Part shown: in pieces, positions 9,127 to 18,208 of the stretch
Layout of the letters: each line of letters starts with the position of its first letter
Position numbering within the stretch: position 1 is the first letter of the stretch
Virus record (IMG/VR): IMGVR_UViG_3300032318_001575
Coordinates: 1 to 51,512 of that record
Length of the DNA stretch: 51,512 nucleotides
Strand: one strand, 5' to 3'
Origin: a virus
Taxonomy: Duplodnaviria > Caudoviricetes
Position numbers and translations under genes: made by a program
The notes under the pieces: generated by a model
Databases searched by the model: none
Seen by the model: the letters and a program-made list of their open reading frames with translations, nothing else
What the model was told of the DNA's origin: nothing

Positions 9127-9411
9127 CTACTCCCTCACCAAACCGTGAGAGGAAGCCCGACGCGGCGCCGGCCTGTACCCCATATGGATGGGGGCAGTGC
9201 TGTCCTTTGGAGGCCAGCCGCCAATCATGTTGCTTCTCACAACCGAGACTGGGCCATTGACGTTGCACGCACCATTGCCGGTCTCGTAGTTGTGGAACGA
9301 GCGCACACTCACCGTGCGGCCCCGCTGCTTCCAATATCGCTCGATGCGCCGGGCAAGATCTTCGGCCCCTAAAACAGTCAACCAGTCACGAGATGGTCTT
9401 GCCTGGCTCAT
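9127..9411 (-). CDS. Hypothetical protein
   Basis: ATGA-coupled to the upstream ORF. Confidence 0.55.
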   Translation of the reverse strand: MSQARPSRDWLTVLGAEDLARRIERYWKQRGRTVSVRSFHNYETGNGACNVNGPVSVVRSNMIGGWPPKDSTAPIHMGYRPAPRRASSHGLVRE

Positions 9412-9683
9412 GAATTAGCCCTCGCAGGCACCAGCCTGTAGCCCCGGCTTCTCACCGAGATCACATCCCAGCCCTTCAACTTGCGTCTCAAATTATGAAT
9501 GTGAACACGCAATCCGCACGGGTGGCGGTGCGTTCTATTGTCGGTTCCGTACAACACGTCCCAGATTGCCTGATGTGAAACCAGCTCTCCCTTGCACTCC
9601 AGGAACAACCACAACAATTTTCTTTGTTGCTCGGTCAACGCGGCATCGCTAAACGGCGGCATCCTTCCCGTCATTGCTCTCAC
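9408..9683 (-). CDS. OmpR/PhoB-type winged-helix DNA-binding protein
   Basis: LRVHIHNLRRKL...ISVRSRGYRL signature. Confidence 0.75.
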   Translation of the reverse strand: MRAMTGRMPPFSDAALTEQQRKLLWLFLECKGELVSHQAIWDVLYGTDNRTHRHPCGLRVHIHNLRRKLKGWDVISVRSRGYRLVPARANS

Positions 9684-10072
9684 ATCTCCCTGATCTCAAT
9701 ATTGAAAAACGCCTTCATCATCTTGGCCTTCAGCCGATAAACGTCGGTCCTGAAGCCCTTTGAGTCCGCCACGACGCGCTGGCCATCCTCAAAAAAAATG
9801 AAGTCAGCCCTGTATTTCGTGATGACCACTCCATTGTGCTCGATCACGAAATCCTGCTGCCTTTGCAGATGGCTGATCTCTCCCGCACGTTCCCGCACCT
9901 TCAATTCCATCCAGTGCCGATGCTCTCGTTGGCTGTCGAAGGTGCCATCATCGGTGACCACCTTTTTGTTGTTGAATTTGGAGGGGGTGGCCCGCGCGGC
10001 TATCTGCGGGGAAGCAAGCCTGCGCGGGCCTTTTGCGCCGCTCTTGGTGGGGAAGCGGCGGCGCAAACTCAT
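9680..10072 (-). CDS. DUF1064-like PD-(D/E)XK endonuclease (resolvase position)
   Basis: SKFNNKK...FDSQRE...LQRQ...YRADF...VADSKG.RT.VY.LK. Confidence 0.8.
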   Translation of the reverse strand: MSLRRRFPTKSGAKGPRRLASPQIAARATPSKFNNKKVVTDDGTFDSQREHRHWMELKVRERAGEISHLQRQQDFVIEHNGVVITKYRADFIFFEDGQRVVADSKGFRTDVYRLKAKMMKAFFNIEIREM

Positions 10073-10410
10073 TTTGCCTCGTCCTTGATCTCAAGCAGCA
10101 GAGGCGTTGCTTCGACAGGCGCAGGCTGGATCACCGCCACCCGGCAATGTGCAATGATCCGATCGATCAGGATGTCCCTTTTTCTCAAGCATCCCTTGCC
10201 AGCCAAAGGGTCGCTATCGACCTGAATAAACATCTGGGTGAGGGTTTCCCGCGTAAGGGGAGATTGAATTGGCACTGCATTGCTCTCCGTCATTGTTTTG
10301 TTTTGGCTTGTCTCCCAAGAAGGCCACCACTTGCGCGCCTTTACGCGCTCACCACTAACTCTGACAGCATGGTTAAGAGGCTTTGCTTTAATGATCCTGT
10401 TCTCAGCCAT
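10069..10410 (-). CDS. Hypothetical protein downstream of cro
   Basis: Coupled ORF in the cro operon; start uncertain (10410 or 10293). Confidence 0.45.
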   Translation of the reverse strand: MAENRIIKAKPLNHAVRVSGERVKARKWWPSWETSQNKTMTESNAVPIQSPLTRETLTQMFIQVDSDPLAGKGCLRKRDILIDRIIAHCRVAVIQPAPVEATPLLLEIKDEAK

Positions 10411-10423
10411 TCTGCTGTCCCTA

Positions 10424-10630
10424 CTAATCTGGTTTCTGTTTTGGAAAGAGGTCTTCGAGTGTTATCTGGATGTTGTGCGAGCGCGCAGCCTCAAGGAGCC
10501 GCGGGATATGCCTGCTGGGTATGGTCCCGCGCCGCACCCAGCCTTGGGCCACGGACGGATATTTGAGGTCCATCGCGCGGGCCAAGGCTGAATACCCGCC
10601 AAAACGGGAGATGATTTGCTCAACTTGCAT
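10424..10630 (-). CDS. cro: Cro-like repressor
   Basis: Small HTH (FGGYSALARAM...VAQGWVRRGTIP) divergent from the CI gene. Confidence 0.8.
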   Translation of the reverse strand: MQVEQIISRFGGYSALARAMDLKYPSVAQGWVRRGTIPSRHIPRLLEAARSHNIQITLEDLFPKQKPD

Positions 10631-10639
10631 ACGCGACAT

Positions 10640-10679
10640 TTACGCGTGGCGCGTAAGCCTGTCAACGTGGAACGCGTAA
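10640..10679. promoter_or_regulatory. OR-like operators and cro promoter
   Basis: Palindrome TTACGCG-TGG-CGCGTAA at 10640-10656, a half-conserved site at ~10663-10679, and TTGACA -35 on the minus strand between them. Confidence 0.75.
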
Positions 10680-10703
10680 GGCAGGTCACGGCATGCTGCA
10701 ACC

Positions 10704-11417
10704 ATGAACCAGGTATCTGAGGCCCTTTCGCAATTGCGCCACCGCTCCGGCTTGAGCCTCGGAGAGACAGCACGCGCCATGGGCAAGGCAGGGCCCAGCT
10801 CAATTCAGCGGTATTTTTTGGACTACCGCGAGGCGACCATTGATTTGAAAATTGCCCGGGAGTTTTGCCGGGCTTGGGTGGGTCGCGGCTCGCCACCCAT
10901 CACGGAGGCTGAGATTCTTGTTTTGGCTGGCGTTGGCCCGGTGCCAGCCGGCCCGGCCTTGGAAACCAACGTATCCAGCCCCCTACCCGCACCATCGCCA
11001 GCATCCATGCCGCTCGACGTGCCTGTGTTGGGTACGGCTGTGGGTGGATCCAGTGGAGACTTCACCTTGAACAACGGCGTGGTCGATTACGCCAGGCGCC
11101 CGCCAGGTGTTGCGCGCAACAAGGCGGTGTTTTGCGTTTTTGTTAGGGGAGACTCCATGGAGCCTCGCTTTGAGGCGGGAGACCTGCTGTACATCAACCC
11201 GGCGCGGCCGGCACGAAACGGCGACGATGTGCTGGTAGAGATGCACCCGGACCAACAGGGTGAGCCCGGCGCGGCCTATATCAAACGGCTCGATGGCCAA
11301 ACCCCTACAAAGCTCATCCTCCGTCAATTCAACCCGGCAAAGCGGATTGAGATCCCGATGGTTCGCGTGCTGCGCGTTTGCCCAATTTTGCGCACCTCGG
11401 AACTACTCGGCTTGTAG
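10704..11417 (+). CDS. cI: CI-like repressor (HTH plus S24 autopeptidase)
   Basis: N-terminal HTH; VLGTAVGG cleavage region; catalytic GDSMEP and IKRL. Confidence 0.9.
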   Translation: MNQVSEALSQLRHRSGLSLGETARAMGKAGPSSIQRYFLDYREATIDLKIAREFCRAWVGRGSPPITEAEILVLAGVGPVPAGPALETNVSSPLPAPSPASMPLDVPVLGTAVGGSSGDFTLNNGVVDYARRPPGVARNKAVFCVFVRGDSMEPRFEAGDLLYINPARPARNGDDVLVEMHPDQQGEPGAAYIKRLDGQTPTKLILRQFNPAKRIEIPMVRVLRVCPILRTSELLGL

Positions 11418-11487
11418 CCAGAAAACAACACATATACCAACATTGTGCCGTTACCGGGGCGCAATGCGAATTTCTGCGTCTAATTTC

Positions 11488-11532
11488 TTACGCGTCACGC
11501 GTTGACACTTTACGCGTAATGCGTAATAAGAT
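11488..11532 (+). promoter_or_regulatory. OL-like operators and early-left promoter
   Basis: TTACGCG-TCA-CGCGTTG (11488-11504) and TTACGCG-TAA-TGCGTAA (11510-11526) around TTGACA (11502). Confidence 0.75.
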
Positions 11533-11561
11533 GCTCTCACCAACAACGCGAGAGCAAAAAC

Positions 11562-11807
11562 ATGTACCGGGAAATCGTATCGGCGAAACTTCGCTATCTG
11601 GATGAAGACCTGAAGAACATTGAGACTGTTCGTCTGCAGCTTATTGCGATCAAGAAGCTTGTTGCGAAAATGCAAATGCGCAGCAAAGCAGGGCAGCGCT
11701 GGCGCACCGAAGTGGACGAAAATATCGACAATCTTCTGCATGACACATCAACGGACTGGTTGATCGAAAACGGTAACGAACTGCTGGCGATGAGGGAGCC
11801 GTTCTGA
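11562..11807 (+). CDS. Hypothetical early protein
   Basis: First ORF after the operator/promoter; coupled to the next ORF. Confidence 0.6.
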   Translation: MYREIVSAKLRYLDEDLKNIETVRLQLIAIKKLVAKMQMRSKAGQRWRTEVDENIDNLLHDTSTDWLIENGNELLAMREPF

Positions 11808-12145
11808 TGAACCTCTCTTACAACAGAGTAGCGGCAGAGATCCATCTGCACGGCATCAACAGTGATCTCAACTCCCTAAAGGAGATCACTTGGCGAGACG
11901 CAAAAAGCGTAGCCCCCTTGCTCCAAGATTTGAAATTGACGATGGACAAACTTTTGGAGCTGACGCTGGAGGTTGCCAGCAAGGCGCCGTCATCCTGCGC
12001 GCCATATCCAGCCTTTGAGTTATGGGCCGCCATATTTCTGGAATGCGCGTTTCATGGCAGCGGGCTCGACAGAGCCGAGTTTGCGGCATGCGCCGATGGT
12101 GCATGGGCCCTAGACAGGCTTTACGACAATTGGGTGGCCGCATGA
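11807..12145 (+). CDS. Hypothetical early protein
   Basis: TGATG coupling. Confidence 0.6.
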   Translation: MNLSYNRVAAEIHLHGINSDLNSLKEITWRDAKSVAPLLQDLKLTMDKLLELTLEVASKAPSSCAPYPAFELWAAIFLECAFHGSGLDRAEFAACADGAWALDRLYDNWVAA

Positions 12146-12288
12146 CCCGGCACGTTCAAGATCTGGTTGCTGCGTTTTCAATTGCTTTGGTTTGCGCCCT
12201 TGCTGCGTTCAACCTCGGCCGCGCTCAAGTTCTGGCGGACCACGACCGCTGCCCCCCGCGAAGTGATCTGAGGGGGGCCTTCCCGTGA
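12142..12288 (+). CDS. Small hydrophobic hypothetical protein
   Basis: ATGA coupling; one hydrophobic segment. Confidence 0.45.
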   Translation: MTRHVQDLVAAFSIALVCALAAFNLGRAQVLADHDRCPPRSDLRGAFP

Positions 12289-12479
12289 GCAACGTGGTTG
12301 AGTTTCCGCAACAGCCGTTGAGCGAGGCAAACATCCGGCAGATGGCGCGGGGCAATTTGGCCGCCGCAGTGGCCATTCTGATGAAGGGTCAGAATGACGA
12401 TCTTGAGCAGTGCCTCCATCACATCAACGAGGCATGGGGCCAAGTCGCAGCGCTTTTGATTTTGCGGGATGACCCATGA
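12285..12479 (+). CDS. Hypothetical protein
   Basis: GAGGGG RBS; MSNVVEFP start typical of phage early genes. Confidence 0.6.
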   Translation: MSNVVEFPQQPLSEANIRQMARGNLAAAVAILMKGQNDDLEQCLHHINEAWGQVAALLILRDDP

Positions 12480-12883
12480 CCCGGCCAAAGATTTCAGACA
12501 GGGCCAAGGTAAATGTGGCCCTGCATCAGGCCGGGGGCTGGATAATTTGCCCCTTGTGCTCTGGCCCTTTAAGGCCGGCAGACGATCGGATCCTTGAGCA
12601 CATGGTGCCGCGCGAGTTGGGCGGATCAGATGACGAGGAAAACCTGCGCTGGGTTCACAAGGACTGTGCGGCGAAAAAGACAAACGGCAGCCGTGCGACA
12701 TCTGCCGGCGGAGACCTGCACAAGATCGCCAAAGCCAAGCGCCTGGCCTCGGCGCGGCTGCATCACGCAGCGGTGTTGAGGGGTGAGCGGCTACGTGAGC
12801 CCGGCTCCATTCGATCGCGCCCGTTCGATAACCGATGGACCAGAAAACTCAACGGAAAGGTGGTGCGCAATGCCGACGCCTAA
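12476..12883 (+). CDS. HNH endonuclease
   Basis: CPLC...EHMVPRELGGSD.EENLRWVH..C. Confidence 0.85.
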   Translation: MTRPKISDRAKVNVALHQAGGWIICPLCSGPLRPADDRILEHMVPRELGGSDDEENLRWVHKDCAAKKTNGSRATSAGGDLHKIAKAKRLASARLHHAAVLRGERLREPGSIRSRPFDNRWTRKLNGKVVRNADA

Positions 12884-13508
12884 ACAGGGATACCATGTGG
12901 ACGGAACTAAGGTTCCGGGAGTTACCACCATTCTTTCCCGGTTTAAGGAAAGCGGCGGGCTAATTCACTGGGCTTGGAAGCTTGGGATTGAGGGCAAGGA
13001 CTACAAGCAAATCCGTGATGATGCGGCTGATGCCGGCACGCTCGCACACGACATGATCGACGCTTACATCAACGGCGGGACGATTACGCTGGAAGGCGAG
13101 AGCGATCTGTTCAAACAGGCCTCCAATGCCTTTGAGGCTTACAAAGCTTGGGAGCGGTCAACCGGTATCCAGATTGAGTGGACCGAGCGCCGCCTGGTTT
13201 CCACCCAGCACAAGTTTGGCGGAACGCCGGATGCATTTGGCCGGCTGGATAACAAGCCGATCTTGTTGGACTGGAAAACCAGCAACAGCGTGTATTCGGA
13301 CTATCTCCTGCAGTTGGCGGCCTACGCGCTGCTCATTGAGGAGAATTATGGGATCCAGGTGCAGGGCTATTACCTCTGCCGGTTCTCGAAGGAAAACGGA
13401 GATTTCTCCGTCCACCATTACCCGGACCTGACCGACGCGCGGCGCATGTTCCTGCTGCTGCGCGAGGCCTACGACATCGACAAAGTTTTGCGCAAGCGTG
13501 CGGCTTAA
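12870..13508 (+). CDS. PD-(D/E)XK exonuclease (recombination)
   Basis: VPGVTTIL, GTLAH, E...GTPD...LLDWKTS, LQLAAY. Confidence 0.85.
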   Translation: MPTPKQGYHVDGTKVPGVTTILSRFKESGGLIHWAWKLGIEGKDYKQIRDDAADAGTLAHDMIDAYINGGTITLEGESDLFKQASNAFEAYKAWERSTGIQIEWTERRLVSTQHKFGGTPDAFGRLDNKPILLDWKTSNSVYSDYLLQLAAYALLIEENYGIQVQGYYLCRFSKENGDFSVHHYPDLTDARRMFLLLREAYDIDKVLRKRAA

Positions 13509-13521
13509 AGGAGAGAAAGAA

Positions 13522-13962
13522 ATGGAAATCCAGATTGCGAAGATTTACCCGCCGAAGCAAGCCGGCTGGTCCGCCAACATCAAGGACAACCTCGGGAATT
13601 ATTTCGGGGTGAAGGAGGCGTTGGTCTCCAACCTGTCGGAAGGGCAGACCATCAGTGCGGACGTGGTAACGAAGGATAAGGCCGGAAAGACTTACCGAGA
13701 CATTGTGAAGATCCACGGGATGAATGGTGGCGGATCTTCTGCCCCCTCCCCCTCCCATCAGGCATCAGCGCCTGCTGCTCCCCGATATGGTTCGCAAGAC
13801 GACGCGACGGCGGAGCGGATCTTTGTCTGCGGGGTGGTCAACTCCGTTGCCCCGAAGATTTACGAGAAGCTGGGCACGATCGACAGCGAGAAGCTTGCCG
13901 CTCTGGTTCAGGTTGCCCGCGTTACTTGGGCGTCCACGTTGGGAAATAAGGGTGGTGCATGA
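13522..13962 (+). CDS. Hypothetical protein, possibly ssDNA-binding/annealing
   Basis: Strong RBS; beta-rich N-terminal part; next to the exonuclease. Confidence 0.55.
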   Translation: MEIQIAKIYPPKQAGWSANIKDNLGNYFGVKEALVSNLSEGQTISADVVTKDKAGKTYRDIVKIHGMNGGGSSAPSPSHQASAPAAPRYGSQDDATAERIFVCGVVNSVAPKIYEKLGTIDSEKLAALVQVARVTWASTLGNKGGA

Positions 13963-14330
13963 GCGAAGACCCGATCCGCTTCAAGCACGACCACGCAGGA
14001 TCCAATCAGAGACCCCAGTCAGAGGTTTACCGCGAGGCCTACGAGCGATGGGTAGCGGCTGATGCTGCTGCCCGGCTCTTGGACGAAACGAAAAGTTCAG
14101 TGTTTGCCCAAAGGGTTTTGGAGGCCATGCGGTCAGCGCCAGGGGTGAGCATGTCGAAGGCGGAGATTGAGGTCCGCGCCTCGGCAGAGTGGCGGGATTA
14201 CCTGATCAAGATGACCAACGCAAAGACGGCAGCGAACAAGGCCAAGATTGAGGTCGAGTTTCATCGGATGAAGTATTGGGAAGCTACGCAGGACAGGGCT
14301 GACCATAGGTACGAGGCCCGAATGTCATGA
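13959..14330 (+). CDS. Helical recombination-region protein
   Basis: Coupled ORF with coiled-coil character. Confidence 0.55.
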   Translation: MSEDPIRFKHDHAGSNQRPQSEVYREAYERWVAADAAARLLDETKSSVFAQRVLEAMRSAPGVSMSKAEIEVRASAEWRDYLIKMTNAKTAANKAKIEVEFHRMKYWEATQDRADHRYEARMS

Positions 14331-14728
14331 GCAAGAGGACAAAAGCTATGCCAAGCAACAGAGCTTCTTCACGAGAAAACAAGCGCGCGCTGACTATTTG
14401 GGTTGAGCCGTCTGTCTGGCGGTCGGTGTCACTATTGGCGATTGAGCAAAATGTGCCGAAAGAGCAGCTTTTAAGGAACGCTATCGACGCGGTTCTTAAT
14501 CAGCCTGAAGCAGCTAAACAAGAACAAGCACCCAGCGTGAAGCGGGCTAACGATATTTATCACGAGGTAGATGTCGTCGCCGAACGCTTGCAAGTGTCCA
14601 CTCGCTACGTTCACACGCTGATGAAGCGCAAGCACGACCCGCTGCCGTCGATAAAGCTGGGTCGCCGCCGGCTGGTTCCTGTTGCGGCGCTTGAGCAGTG
14701 GGCCGTGAGCAAGGCCCGAATGTCATGA
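14327..14728 (+). CDS. DNA-binding protein (ribbon-helix-helix-like plus excisionase-like HTH)
   Basis: VAERLQVS..YV..L....LPSIKLGRRRLVP..ALEQW; flanked by a 17-bp direct repeat. Confidence 0.7.
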   Translation: MSKRTKAMPSNRASSRENKRALTIWVEPSVWRSVSLLAIEQNVPKEQLLRNAIDAVLNQPEAAKQEQAPSVKRANDIYHEVDVVAERLQVSTRYVHTLMKRKHDPLPSIKLGRRRLVPVAALEQWAVSKARMS

Positions 14729-15225
14729 CCGAAACGAAGCACATGACATTCGATGAACTGATGAAGGTTTACGACAAGGCTGCGAGCAATGTGGCGTTTC
14801 TCCAGTACGAGGGACCAGACCATCGCGCAGGTATCCGCGCTGTTGTTGAGGCGCTGCGGGATGAGTGGTTTCCGCAGTCAGAACCGCCTCGCACCATTAC
14901 GGTGGAGGAGCGTTGGTTCCTTAATCAACTGAACGAAATCCTCGCCAGCGATGGTGTGGAGGGAACCCACGGTTCCCCTGAATTGGACGAGGACGCACGC
15001 AAGCTGGAAGCGATGGGACAGGATGCGGGACCAACGGTGCAAGACCTGTTCCCCGAAGTCTTTGTATTCGCCGCCGCTCCTGTGTGTGAGTGGAAGGGCT
15101 GGGCAACTTGGTTCCCGGTGTCTGGATGCAACCCTTCCGCAGCCTTCGTCCACCGCGCCTACCGGGACGGCGATATGTGCCCGCTCTGCTGCAAGCAAAT
15201 CAAGTTCAAGGAGGACAGCGAATGA
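14725..15225 (+). CDS. Hypothetical protein with C-terminal Cys cluster
   Basis: Coupled ORF; CEW...GC...CPLC. Confidence 0.55.
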   Translation: MTETKHMTFDELMKVYDKAASNVAFLQYEGPDHRAGIRAVVEALRDEWFPQSEPPRTITVEERWFLNQLNEILASDGVEGTHGSPELDEDARKLEAMGQDAGPTVQDLFPEVFVFAAAPVCEWKGWATWFPVSGCNPSAAFVHRAYRDGDMCPLCCKQIKFKEDSE

Positions 15226-15479
15226 GTGACGCACGGACAGTGATTACCAACTATCTAAATCTTTCTCTGTCGGGGGGAGGTCAAGGCTGGACGACACAGC
15301 AACATGCCGACGCAATTATCGCCGCCCTTGCAGACGCGGGGCTGAGAGTGGTGCCGCTGGTTTCTACTGCGGCAATGTACAAGGCGTTTCATTCAGTTGA
15401 TTGCCTGGCGGGTGTAGACGTTCGCCTACTGTTTGAGAAGCGTTACCGCGCAATGGTGGAGGCAGCGAATGAGCAGTGA
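15222..15479 (+). CDS. Hypothetical protein
   Basis: GGAGG RBS, coupled. Confidence 0.55.
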   Translation: MSDARTVITNYLNLSLSGGGQGWTTQQHADAIIAALADAGLRVVPLVSTAAMYKAFHSVDCLAGVDVRLLFEKRYRAMVEAANEQ

Positions 15480-15822
15480 CCTTGTGAAGAGACTGCGTGC
15501 GCCAGCTTACTGGATGTCTGGAAGCAGCGAGGGGCATGAAGGGGAGAATGATGCTCCTCGTGAAGCCGCCGACCGCATCGAAGCCCTTGAGGGGGAGGTG
15601 AAAGGGTTCAGGAATGAAATCTTTGACGCAGTGAAGCACGCAAGGAAATTGGAGACTGAACTGAAAGCCGCAGAAGCACGCGCGGAGCGGCTGCGTGTGG
15701 CTCTTGCTGAAATAAGGGATGCCGACGCCAACCTCGGGCCGATGTACGATTGGGCCGACGAAAAGTTTCAGGCCGTAAAGGCAATCGCCCGCGAGGCGCT
15801 GGAAAAGGAGGGCAGCGAATGA
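15469..15822 (+). CDS. Coiled-coil accessory protein (Ead/Ea22-like), paralog A
   Basis: MSSDLVKRL...EAADRIEALEGEV...AAEARAERLR.AL.EI. Confidence 0.6.
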   Translation: MSSDLVKRLRAPAYWMSGSSEGHEGENDAPREAADRIEALEGEVKGFRNEIFDAVKHARKLETELKAAEARAERLRVALAEIRDADANLGPMYDWADEKFQAVKAIAREALEKEGSE

Positions 15823-16133
15823 GCAGTGACCTGATAGCCCGTCTGGACGCATTTGGTGGCAAGGCGGCGCTGGACGCAAAAGCACGCATCGAAGCCCTTG
15901 AGGGTGAGGTAGCGGATGCTGAGTTGCGTGGCGAGCGTGCGTATGAGTATGGCAAGAAGCGTCAGGCTGAACTGATAGCCGCGCTAGACGCCGCTGAAGC
16001 ACGCGCGGAGCGGCTGCGTGCGGCGCTGGAGGAGATAGCAAGCGGGAGACATAGCGGCCTGATTCTGACGAGTTACCCGCCACAAGACCCCGCTGTTGTG
16101 GTTGCACGCAAAGCCCTAGAGGACAAGCAATGA
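15819..16133 (+). CDS. Coiled-coil accessory protein (Ead/Ea22-like), paralog B
   Basis: Shares RIEALEGEV and AAEARAERLR blocks with 15469-15822 at protein and DNA level. Confidence 0.6.
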   Translation: MSSDLIARLDAFGGKAALDAKARIEALEGEVADAELRGERAYEYGKKRQAELIAALDAAEARAERLRAALEEIASGRHSGLILTSYPPQDPAVVVARKALEDKQ

Positions 16134-16363
16134 GAACTTTCACAATGTACCGACCCAACGCACCTGAAACGCACACGGCGGATCAGAAGAATGCGCCCGA
16201 CGCGCCGCAGTTTCAGGGCGTCGTGTTCGATGATGGCTCAGTTGCAGTCAGGTGGATGACTGCGAAGAAGTCCACATCAGTCTGGGCGTGCCTTGAGGAC
16301 ATGCTGGCGATACACGGCCACCCAGAATACGGGAGCGTCCTTGTGTGGGACGACAAGCAATGA
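16130..16363 (+). CDS. Hypothetical protein
   Basis: Coupled ORF; GVVFDDGSVAVRW...HGH. Confidence 0.6.
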   Translation: MRTFTMYRPNAPETHTADQKNAPDAPQFQGVVFDDGSVAVRWMTAKKSTSVWACLEDMLAIHGHPEYGSVLVWDDKQ

Positions 16364-16674
16364 CCGACATCGTGAAGGGTATGGCGCGGGCCTTTGTAGA
16401 GGCAAAGGGAAATAACCCGGATTATAGAGACCCGTATGGTGCACGCATGTTTGCGTGGGAAAAAGAGGTCGACGCAATTTGCGCATGTCTGAACTGGTTT
16501 GCGGACAATGTGACGGATGATGTGGTGCTCGCCTCCATTCTACTGCCCAATGACCCGAAGGAAGCGGAGTTGCGGCTGGCGTTCAAAAGCCCGAAGCACA
16601 AAGACACAATCGAACGCGTCCGTGCTTCCATATCCCGCGCCATTCGCGCTGCGGCAGGGGAGGAAGGGAAGTGA
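16360..16674 (+). CDS. Hypothetical protein
   Basis: Coupled ORF. Confidence 0.55.
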   Translation: MTDIVKGMARAFVEAKGNNPDYRDPYGARMFAWEKEVDAICACLNWFADNVTDDVVLASILLPNDPKEAELRLAFKSPKHKDTIERVRASISRAIRAAAGEEGK

Positions 16675-17225
16675 GGGTGCTTGTGGCCTGTGAATTTTCG
16701 GGCGTGGTCCGTCGCGCCTTCCGCGCCAAGGGGCATGACGCCTGGAGTTGTGACTTGCTTCCGGCGGAAGATGGGAGCGAGTTCCACATTCAGGATGATG
16801 TTAGGTTCGTTGCATATGGGGGGGGGTGGGACATGATGATAGCGCACCCGCCCTGCACTCACTTGGCCGTTAGCGGGGCGCGGTGGTTCAAGGAAAAGGC
16901 TGCGGAGCAGAACGCGGCGCTGTCGTTCGTCTGGACGCTATTGACGGCCCCCATTGAGCGCATTGCCTTGGAAAACCCGGTCAGCATCATATCAACCCGC
17001 ATCAGGAAGCCAGACCAGTGCATCCAGCCCTACGAGTACGGGCATGGGGAAACCAAGAAGACCTGCCTCTGGCTCAAGAACCTGCCGAAGCTGGTCCCGA
17101 CCAACATTGTCGAGGGCCGCGAAGCGCGCGTGCATCGTATGTCGCCTGGGCCTAACAGGTGGAAGGAACGCTCGCGCTTTTATCCCGGCATTGCCGCCGC
17201 AATGGCCGACCAGTGGAGTGGGTAA
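16671..17225 (+). CDS. Short phage-type C5-cytosine DNA methyltransferase
   Basis: VLVACEFSG, HPPCT catalytic motif, ALENP. Confidence 0.8.
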   Translation: MRVLVACEFSGVVRRAFRAKGHDAWSCDLLPAEDGSEFHIQDDVRFVAYGGGWDMMIAHPPCTHLAVSGARWFKEKAAEQNAALSFVWTLLTAPIERIALENPVSIISTRIRKPDQCIQPYEYGHGETKKTCLWLKNLPKLVPTNIVEGREARVHRMSPGPNRWKERSRFYPGIAAAMADQWSG

Positions 17226-17248
17226 GTCATGGAAGGATTGAGCGCAGC

Positions 17249-17407
17249 ATGATCCAGCGCACCACCAAGACAACGGTTAAAATGCAACTAAGGGAGATGA
17301 GGCGTCAGGTCCGCGTTTCACTGCGAAAACGGCACTACGCCAAGTATCGATACGCACGCGCTTGGCTGAAGGCGCACGCCGCATTGCTGCGGGAGACTGC
17401 GCAGTGA
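17249..17407 (+). CDS. Small basic hypothetical protein
   Basis: GAAGGA RBS; coupled to the next ORF. Confidence 0.4.
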   Translation: MIQRTTKTTVKMQLREMRRQVRVSLRKRHYAKYRYARAWLKAHAALLRETAQ

Positions 17408-17973
17408 CGCTGTACACAGGCTCCGGCTCCCTACCCCATCACGTCTATTGCCTGGTAGACCGCTCGCATGTGCGGAAAGACGGCCAAGGCTTTGAGCCTT
17501 GCGTCTGGTTTGGTCTTCGATCGTATCCGGCGCGGGCGTGGGGGTGCCACGTCATGCTCGAATGTGGCGCGGTGGTGAGGGATCTTCCCCTGCACGCCTT
17601 GGCTCACGGGGAAAGCCCTGCGCCATGGACAGTCAAGCAGGCCCAGACGTGGGATTGCTACGGATTACAGTTCAGCCTGCATGCCTACAGCTACCTGCAC
17701 GGGCTGGAGGCGCGCGCCAAGTGTGATGGAGAAGAGGCACGCGGAGATTACCTGTTTACTGCCTTGCCGCTCGGCGATGGGTACACAGCCGATCCGGGCC
17801 AGAGCAAAGAGTTCATGTTCCTGCGATTGAACAACGGAAGGTTTACGGCCCAGCCGACCAACCATGTCTTGTTCGACGAGGCGTCTTTTACCGAAGATGA
17901 TGGGTGGCCCGTGGACATCCAGCGGCAAACAGAAGTGTGGGCGTGTGAGTGGAGGGATGCAGATGGGAATTGA
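17404..17973 (+). CDS. Hypothetical protein
   Basis: Long co-oriented ORF with a GTG start overlapping the previous stop. Confidence 0.6.
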   Translation: MTLYTGSGSLPHHVYCLVDRSHVRKDGQGFEPCVWFGLRSYPARAWGCHVMLECGAVVRDLPLHALAHGESPAPWTVKQAQTWDCYGLQFSLHAYSYLHGLEARAKCDGEEARGDYLFTALPLGDGYTADPGQSKEFMFLRLNNGRFTAQPTNHVLFDEASFTEDDGWPVDIQRQTEVWACEWRDADGN

Positions 17974-18208
17974 ATTGAAGCGCCCGATCGAGCGCCTGGC
18001 TTATCGCCGGCCAGAAGCGGCCGCGGCACTGGGTGTGAGCGAGAGCAAATTTCTGGATTGGGAAAGAAGGGGGATTATGCCACGACCCATCCACGTTGAT
18101 GGATGCCGTCTGTACGATGCCGAACAAATCCGGATTGCGTGGGAAGCGCTCAAGGACGGATCCGAGCCGCCGGCATTTGATAATTCAAACCCCTATGATG
18201 TGGCATGA
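17963..18208 (+). CDS. xis: Excisionase-like HTH protein
   Basis: EAAAALGVSES.F..W...G.MPRP; directly upstream of and overlapping the integrase. Confidence 0.75.
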   Translation: MGIELKRPIERLAYRRPEAAAALGVSESKFLDWERRGIMPRPIHVDGCRLYDAEQIRIAWEALKDGSEPPAFDNSNPYDVA

